Part shown: one piece after another, positions 55,724-64,000 of the stretch
Numbering within the stretch: position 1 is the first letter of the stretch
Layout: each line of letters starts with the position of its first letter
DNA from: Owenia fusiformis
Taxonomy: Eukaryota
Assembly (NCBI GenBank): GCA_903813345.2
Contig: CAIIXF020000001.1
Location: 2,666,001-2,730,000 of the forward strand
Direction of reading: 5' to 3'
DNA: 64,000 nucleotides
The notes under the pieces: model-generated
Database searches by the model: none
Seen by the model: the letters and a program-made list of their open reading frames with translations, nothing else
What the model was told of the DNA's origin: nothing
Program-made: the position numbers and the translations under genes

Positions 55724-55797
55724 CAAACTGTGGAACAAACAACATATGAAATCGTTACAAACTGTGGAACAAACAACATATGAAATCGTTACAAACT
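55724..55797. repeat. 32-bp tandem duplication
   Basis: CAAACTGTGGAACAAACAACATATGAAATCGTTA occurs twice in tandem. Confidence 0.85.
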
Positions 55798-58597
55798 TTG
55801 CAGTTACAGATTGGTATTGATCCAAAACTAGTACAGTACATAGAGATTTCTTATATCAAATACAATTTAGAGTTCTAATGTGTTCACTTACTTCACAAGG
55901 CTGTGTGTCGATTGGGTTGTGCAAATATTTACTTGAGCGAGTATTGTTGAAGTTTTATAGAAACTTGAAGTTGCTCTTCATTGTTGGATAAATCTACTAA
56001 TATAGTAGATAAATCTAGACCTAGTGTAAGAAGGTAATATCTTCAGTAGTAGCCCGTAAAACCCATTTGTATTTTAGACATTATGTAGCATTTCTGGGGT
56101 AACATTCTAGGTATTAATTCATCAATAACACCATGTCAAAGAAGATTGTTCTTAGACGCGATTATGTAATTGCACAAAATGTGCATTTGTCACAGCACCC
56201 AGATTCACAACATATATTTCACGATGTATAGTTTCGATAAAGACAAAACAAGACCTTTCATATGGTACCAAATATGAAAAGTTGTATGGGGTGTTTCTCA
56301 CATACCATGCTGTAAAGGTCTTCTACGAGAATAACTAACTTTTCTGCGTCCTTTTGGCTGCCATCTTTTATCGTAACACTTACATTTTCTTTGGTATTCT
56401 TCACTGTCAGGGTTTGGCGATTTTGGGGGCTGTCGAGTTGCCTAAATGGGTTTTGTAAAAACGCAGCATGTTAGACTGACCATCGTAGCCCCGGGGGTCG
56501 CGATGTCCACACTCACACCCCTCCCGGCGATGACCAGTCTAACATGCAAGCTTCTGCCATCTAACCAACTGCACACGCCATGTTTTGTTATTATATTGGG
56601 AGAGGGATCATGGACATTACCAACTGTTGTGGATATGACTTAAAGAAATGCATGTGGTGATCTTTGTTTAGTCGTTATCTTCAGCTTAATGACCGAACAA
56701 GCTTTCATTAAGACTTTTCAAAGAAAGTAAACCCAGGAATTTACCATAAACAGTGTGATATATGGAATTTGTAAATAAATTCAGGTAAACGTCTTGGATC
56801 GAATGGCCAGTAACCTATCGTAACCCGATCCGTCATCATGAGAAATCATGGCCTCCTATTAGCTTCACACTAGTATAGCTGGTTGAAGACAGAAAGATGT
56901 GATGAGTATCAGAATTCCGATCCGTTTATCATCGGTTTCTTGTGGTAGTCGACTTCAAGGCATGCTTGATTTCAACCTAACACTCATGGAAGTCGACGAG
57001 GGTTGTTATATTTGAACCGGACTTGAATTATACATATTTTTTAGACGTTGGGTATTTATCCCACGATTATTGTGTTATTTGTACTTTTGTACTCATGTGT
57101 TATTATGTTCTCACCCAATGATATTTCCCAATATCAGATAATTTCTTATGATATCATTTTATTGTCTGGTAGATATCAAATATCAACACTCATTCGACTC
57201 GCCCAGAGACTTGTGTTGATAAAAGATATCAAATCATCGATAAAATGATTACACTCAAAATGATCTGATATTCTGTCTTTATATTTGATTTTTCCATATT
57301 CACTTACAGCAAGTTAAAAAAATGGTACATCATGGGATAAATTCGTCAATTGTAAGACATCAATTTGTCTCTGGCCTTTTCAAATGGGTTGATATACCTC
57401 TTATTTCTCGCCAACAAACTTGAAATGCGGAATACAGAGACCAACGTAAGAAGGTTAGGTTAATGTGAAATGGATAATATACATCGATATATGCAAACTG
57501 CAAAATTAAAGAAGGATTGCGAGGGAAACATTTGCAGCGATTGGAAGATACACTCTCTAAACAGTTATTCTACAGCCGGGGTGACACAAAACCACTACAA
57601 TACCTTTCTCAACTATGCTGACCTACGTAGATAGAACGGTGTTCATGGCGGGAAAGAGTGGATGCTTATTATTTGAAATTCACGACTTTGAGATTTAGAG
57701 ATATCACTTTTTCGGCTTTAAATTTACGCCATATCACTCAAACTCCATGTTAAGAATATGTAATAATGTGTCATGTTTACAAAATAATTAATCATTCCAT
57801 AAAAGTGATCGTTAGTAGATTAGTAACAATTTGTATGAAACAAATCCAGAAATACAAGGTGACACAAAAATGCCACCCACTTATTTTGGAATAACTTTCT
57901 CAGTAATGAGGGAATCTTCATTACTTTTTATACGTAAAGTGATTGGTATTTTTTGTGTATTGATAGACTGTTCAATGGGAGAAAGACTGCTTTAGTTGTG
58001 TAGCATCAAATTTCTACAAAGTCGTTTATGTTACATCTGAAATTTTAAAGCATATACTAGAAAATCGAGACGATTATGTACATCTTAACTGGGAAAATCA
58101 GAAACTTTCATCTATGTGCTTCCCTGTATGATTAAACAAAATATCAAAATATTTTCTTGCAATCATATAACCTCTTTATTTCTAAAATACATACCCAAGA
58201 TGACACACAGTGTCGAAGTAATACATAAATTATGAACACATTCATAGAATACGTCAGTTTTAAACCTTTGGGTACTAATAGTGAAATGACCAAAATGACT
58301 TGTGTGCATGTCATGCTAGTACTAAAGAAATCTAAGAGATTCGTCATGCAAATATATGCACATTTCTACATGCTCTAAAATACACGAAAATACACGAGCC
58401 GAAAGTCAAAGAACAATATTATATTGCACAATATGAAGTTATGAAGTGAGTGAACTCGATATTCACCAAGAAGAGTATTCTGACTTTGCATTCACGGCTG
58501 AAATAAATATTCTACAAGCTAACTATGAGTCCAGATTCATATCCGTTGTCACATGCTGTTCGTTTTCCGTATCGTCCTATTTAGTATTAATATTTTG

Positions 58598-61500
58598 TTA
58601 GTGTCTTACAACGCCTGAAATGGTTCTGGGTCCTTTATTAAAACCATATTTGTAGTCCGCTGGTTCACTAAAATGCTCAGAATCATATTTGTTGCTTCGT
58701 GTAACTTCAAACTTCTGTTTCTCTAGGTCTTTTCCACTTCTCCTGGAAAGTCAAAAATCAGGGGCTCATTTTAGTTGTTATTTTAGATTATATAAGTGTC
58801 AGGTAAAAGACTAAAGAGATACTCTATTGGTAGATATACACTCCCCTCCATAAGTTTGGCAACCTTTTCCCCCCATTGAACTACGTGTTAAAGCCTCTTT
58901 ACCTTTGAATTTTTATTTACTTAACCTGCGATGAAAATACTTATACTATTGATGGAAACGTAATTTGATTTTAATTCCAATACCTCCAAATTTTCTCAAT
59001 TTTTTTCCTCAATTACAATAGGTCGAAAATTGATGATGAATTTGATGAATTTTTGAAAATCGACATTCCCATGTTAACCAATGGGAAATGGTAGGTTTGC
59101 CGCAAGTCATATGACAGAATATCCATCCATCCGAGTCCTTGCAAAAAATACGAGTTAGGCAGGTAATTGAATTTGCTAACTTTATCTAACAAAAAATTGA
59201 TATGTTTCTTCAGGTTCAACAAAGTTATAGGGCTTTAAACTGTCAAAATTGATTTTTAAAAAACCTCTCCCATTGAAATAACACAGGAGGCGAAAAATAA
59301 TTTTCAAAAATGACTTTGAAGCGCTGTAACTTTAATATTCATCAAATAAACTAAACACTTAGTGTTCAAAAAGTTAGACAATTCAATTTTCTATATGAAA
59401 ATATTTTTTTGCTGAATTTTTTACTGAAAAGATATCCTGATTTCTGATTTGCCCTGAACCCTCCATTTCCCATTGGATTACATGAGAATGACGATTTTCA
59501 AAAATTCATCAAATTTATCATCAATTTTCGACCTATTTTAATTGAGGAAAAAATTGAGAAAATTTGGAGGTATTGGGAATAAAGTCAAGTTACGTTTCCA
59601 TCAATATCATAAGTTATTATATCGCCGGTTAAGTAAATAAAAATTCAAACGTAAAGAGGCTTTAACACGTAGTTCAATAGAGAAAATAGGTTGCCAAACT
59701 TATGGAGGGGAGTGTAGAACCATTCAGGGTGACCTGAATGATGAAATATGATTTATATTTTGCCTGAAAATGGTCTGACCAAAGTACATATTCAAATACA
59801 AATGATTTGGAATTATAACGTCATGCCGTACAATAATAATAGTCACCTACCTTTTCATACTGCAGCATAAGGCTATCAAAAGCACAAGGAGAACAAGGAC
59901 GAGGAGTCCACCAAATATAGCCACCCAGAACCACCATTTTCTCCAAACTGGATCCGCTTTACGTGGCGCGGGAGCTACAAAGTCAAACACTACAAAACAT
60001 ATATGCTTCTTAAGAATGTATCACAATCAATTTTTACGCCGTAATTTAAGAGAGATTTCGGAACGCGCACTGCATATGGGTCAGTGTTTTGTAATGTGAC
60101 TCTTCTCAAAATTACTTAGATAACTGTAAATTGAAATACTTACTTGCTTTAGTAGGCGTCTTAGTTGTTGGAAGCGCCGTACTTGAACCCGGAATAATTC
60201 TGTTTTCACATAATCTTCCCGTGAAACCATCAGGACAAACACAACTAGAGGTATCAGCATCGTTCCTACACGTCCCTCCGTTCTGACAGACAACAGCGTT
60301 TGGTCTGTCACATGGGAGAACATACGTTTCACACAGATCACCTCTATAGTTTCTACGACAGCAACATGTCTTCTTGAAACATATTCCATCATTTCTACAA
60401 TTCCCAGCATCTGGACATTCAGGGTCGTTTGCAATGTTTGGTGATTTTACTGTGCAGTTATTTGGAGGTCCCCAATTTTGTTCACACAACTTCTCTCCAG
60501 TTGTAGGATGGCAGGTGTAGTGCCCGCGTTCACAACTACTCTCATCTGCTTTACATCTCACAGAACAGGTTGGACCATAATACCCATCTCGGCAAACTAA
60601 CCTGGTTGTTGTTCTCGCCGTAGAAGGACTGGTTATTCGACTTGATTGTAATGTTACGACAGTTGATGTTGTGGGTACTGCAGTCGTCATGTTGCTCGAT
60701 GGATCAATACAATCCCGACTATTATTGGCATTGCGACAGCACAGTCCTTTTCCATCTTCATTTCGACAGAAAACGCCTGTTATGTTATCACATTTCACAT
60801 CTTCGCATGGAAGTTTGACAATGTTACATCCTTCTCCTTTGAAACCTGGATTACAACAGCACTGGTTATTAAAACAATGAGAATTTCGCGTATCGCAACC
60901 GACTGTTGGACAGTCTGTATGATCCTCATTGATTTTGTCAATGCAATTTTGATCTGGATTTCTATAACCATCAAGACAGATCTTAGCCCCTGTGTTTTGA
61001 TCACATCTGTAATGACCAGCACAAGAGTTCTCTGGTTTACAATGCACATCACAGTTTGGACCATATTTATGCCTTTCACAACGCATCCTAGTTTCACAAT
61101 TGTTCCCAGTGTAAAATGATGTGCAATCACATTTGTAATTGAAAGGACCATCCCGGCTACATGTTCCTCCATTGGCGCATGGATTACTTCCACATGGGTT
61201 CATCTGTTCCTGACAAAGATCCCCTGTATATCCTAGCATACAGCAACAAGACTTCGCAAAACAGGAACCCATATCGCACTGGCCGGAATCTGGACATTCT
61301 GGGTCGGCAGCAGGTGAAACGGCACGAACTGTACAGTTGGTGCTTACGTCAGCCCAGCCATCTCGACAGATTTTAGTCCCGCCATTACATATATAGTGAC
61401 CTTCAGCGCAGTTATCTCTAGGGCTACATGAATCTTGTGATTCAACTTTGAAAAATTCACTCTCAATGTCACGTTTTATTCTACCAGTTTCATTTGTTGT

Positions 61501-64000
61501 TGTCTCATTAACGTTGGTATCATTGGAATAACGAGGTGGCAATGGTGTTGCAGGATTAAATATATCACAATATGGTCCAGTCCACCCATAATGACAACAG
61601 CATGTCTGTCTATGACATTCCCCATAGCGACACATTTCTCCATTTGGGCCAATTGGTGGGCATTCGGTATCGTTCCATTTCGGCCAGTATCTTGTTCTAC
61701 AGTCACTTGCCACGCATTCCCAGTGTTCTCTACAGATCTTACTGCCATCTGGACCACAAGTGTAGTGGCCTTCACTACAGCTATCAGCTTCCCTACAGAA
61801 AACATTACATGCAGGTGGGTTGAAATAATTTGGTGGACATCCATTCCAGGTTGTATCGCATAATAAGCCAGTCCACTGAGGAGGACATATGCATCGGAAA
61901 TCTCCATCAAATCCTGGAGAGAGGTTTACACACGTCCCTCCATTCATACACCTATTTCTTTCACAAGGCATATTTTGTATCTCACATAATTCTCCTCTAA
62001 AGTTTCTAGGACAGCAACATGTTTTCTGAAAGCATGCTCCTCCGTTGAGACATACACCTCTGTCAGGGCATTCTCTATCAGAACTAGGCGGGGTCTCCTT
62101 TACTGTGCAGTTAGCTTCTGGTCTCATCCAGCCATCAAGGCACACCTTATTGCCTGTCTGACAATCACATGTGAAGTGACCATCACAATCATTCTGAGGA
62201 AGACAATAACGTTCGCAACGTTGACCATAATAATTAGGTGGACATCTTTGTACGTATCTCTCACAGTTCGTTCCTTCAAAGTTCTGGCAACAGCTACATG
62301 TATAGCCTCCTATTCGTGGTGTACATGTTCCACCATTAAGACAGGGTTGACTTGCGCAATAATCAATAAACGTTTCACATCGACGTCCAGTGTAATGTTC
62401 ATCACAGCAACAATTACCTTTATAGCATCTACCATACAAACAAGGAGAGTCTCTTGGGCAATCGGGGTCAGCTGGTGGAGGGATGGTCTTTATTTTACAA
62501 TCCACATCGGGGTTGGTGTACCCCGGCAAGCACTCCTTGGCTCCAGTGAATGGGTTACAGGTATAATGACCTCTCTCACAATCATCGGCTGCAAGACAGT
62601 ACACATTGCAAGCCGGTGGGTTGTAGTAATTTGGTGGACATTGCGGATCATATGTTTCGCAATGAGTACCAGTGTAGTCCCTCAAGCAGATGCATGTGTA
62701 CCCACCGACCGTTGGACTACATGTACCTCCATTTTGACAAGGTCGGCTTACGCAATAGTCTATAAATGTTCCACATCTTGCACCAGTGTAATGTGTATTG
62801 CAGCAACACGTTCGTCTATAGCATCTCCCATAAATACATGGAGAGTCAGTTGGGCAATCTGGATCATTTGGTGGAGGGAGTGTTTTTACTTTGCAGTCAT
62901 TTTCAGGAACTGCATATCCAGGAAGACAAACCTTCGCCCCTGTGTTTGGATCACATGTATAATGGCCTCTGTCACAATCATCTGCAGCAAGACAGTAAAC
63001 ATTGCAAGCTGGTGGGTTGTAGTAATTGGGAGGACATTGCGGATCATATGTTTCACACCATCTCCCTGTGTAGTCTCTTGGACATGTACACGTAAACCCT
63101 CCAACAGTGGGATTGCAAGTCCCACCATTTTGGCATGGACGACTGACACAATAATCTATAAATGTTTCACATCTAACTCCAGTGTAATGTTCATTACAGC
63201 AACATGCTCGTCTGTAGCATCTTCCATAAACACATGGAGAGTCAGTTGGACAATCTGGATCAGTTGGTGGAGGGATTGTTTTTACTTTACAATCATTTTC
63301 AGGAACTGCATACCCAGGTAGACAAACCTTCGCTCCTGTGTTTGGATCACATGTATAATGGCCTCTGTCACAATCATCTGCAGCAAAACAGTACACATTA
63401 CACGCTGGTGGGTTGTAGTAATTGGGAGGACATTGCGGATCATATGTTTCACAATGTGTACCCGTGTAGTCCCTTAAGCAAGTGCATGTGTATCCACCTA
63501 CCATTGGATTACACGTACCTCCATTTTGACAAGGCTGACTTACACAATAGTCAATAAATGTTTCACATCTTACACCAGTGTAATGTTCATTACAGCAACA
63601 CGACTGTCTGTAGCATCTTCCATAAACACATGGAGAGTCAGTTGGGCAATCTGGATCAGTTGGTGGAGGAATAGTTTTGAGTTTACAATCATTTTCAGGT
63701 ACTGCATATCCAGGTAAACAAACCTTGGCTCCTGTGTTTGGGTCGCAAGTATAATGGCCTCTATCACAATCATCTGCGGCAAGACAGTATACATTGCAAG
63801 CAGGTGGATTGTAGTAATTTGGGGGACATTGCGGGTCATATGTTTCACAATGAGTGCCTGTGTAGTCCCTCAAACATGTACATGTGTAACCACCAACGAT
63901 AGGGTTGCACGTTCCGCCATTTAAACATGGTTGACTTGTACAGTAGTTGATGAACGTTTCACATCTAGTGCCAGTGTAGTGCTCGTTGCAACAACATCCA
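58598..64000 (-). CDS. Type-I membrane protein with tandem DSL-EGF-EGF modules (Delta/Serrate-like), 5'-truncated by the window edge
   Basis: Exon >64000-60144 (Cys-rich modules). Exon 59989-59851 (TM: WWFWVAIFGGLLVLVLLVLLIALCC). Exon 58742-58598 (short tail ending GVVRH*). Phases match. DSL pattern C..NYYG..C..YC...DDC..GHYTC...G.KVCL.GW. Confidence 0.85.
58839..59714. mobile_element. Tc1/mariner-type MITE with ~230-bp arms
   Basis: TA|CACTCCCCTCCATAAGTTTGGCAACC...GGTTGCCAAACTTATGGAGGGGAGTG|TA, in the last intron of the DSL gene. Confidence 0.88.

Noticed and set aside
56464-56548. GC-rich hairpin GCATGTTAGACTG...CAGTCTAACATGC as a miRNA
   Set aside because: Perfect ends with a poorly paired centre fit a small MITE better. 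No other support.
62176-63717. 381-aa and other plus-strand ORFs
   Set aside because: Antisense shadows of the repetitive DSL/EGF exon.

Overview
AT-rich, intron-rich animal genomic DNA. A lophotrochozoan-like marine invertebrate is inferred from gene content and repeat types, not established. Seven host genes are supported: VCP/p97 (minus, 809 aa), head-to-head with LEPROT/Vps55 (plus); a Nop6-like single-RRM gene (minus), head-to-head with MLF (plus); an ATP-grasp gene with an intronless CDS; an F-box gene; and the 3' part of a type-I membrane protein built from many DSL-EGF-EGF modules. Introns hold many non-autonomous DNA transposons. The most notable observations are: (1) a duplicated, probably mutually exclusive 165-nt exon pair in p97; (2) three paralogous alternative last exons in LEPROT; (3) a full-length two-ORF LINE enclosed by ~741-bp inverted arms with a 6-bp TSD, inside an intron; (4) three paralogous H/ACA snoRNAs in consecutive p97 introns with a predicted 28S target; (5) a multi-DSL ligand-like protein. 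Exon boundaries were read by hand from GT/AG sites and frame continuity. No database searches were run.
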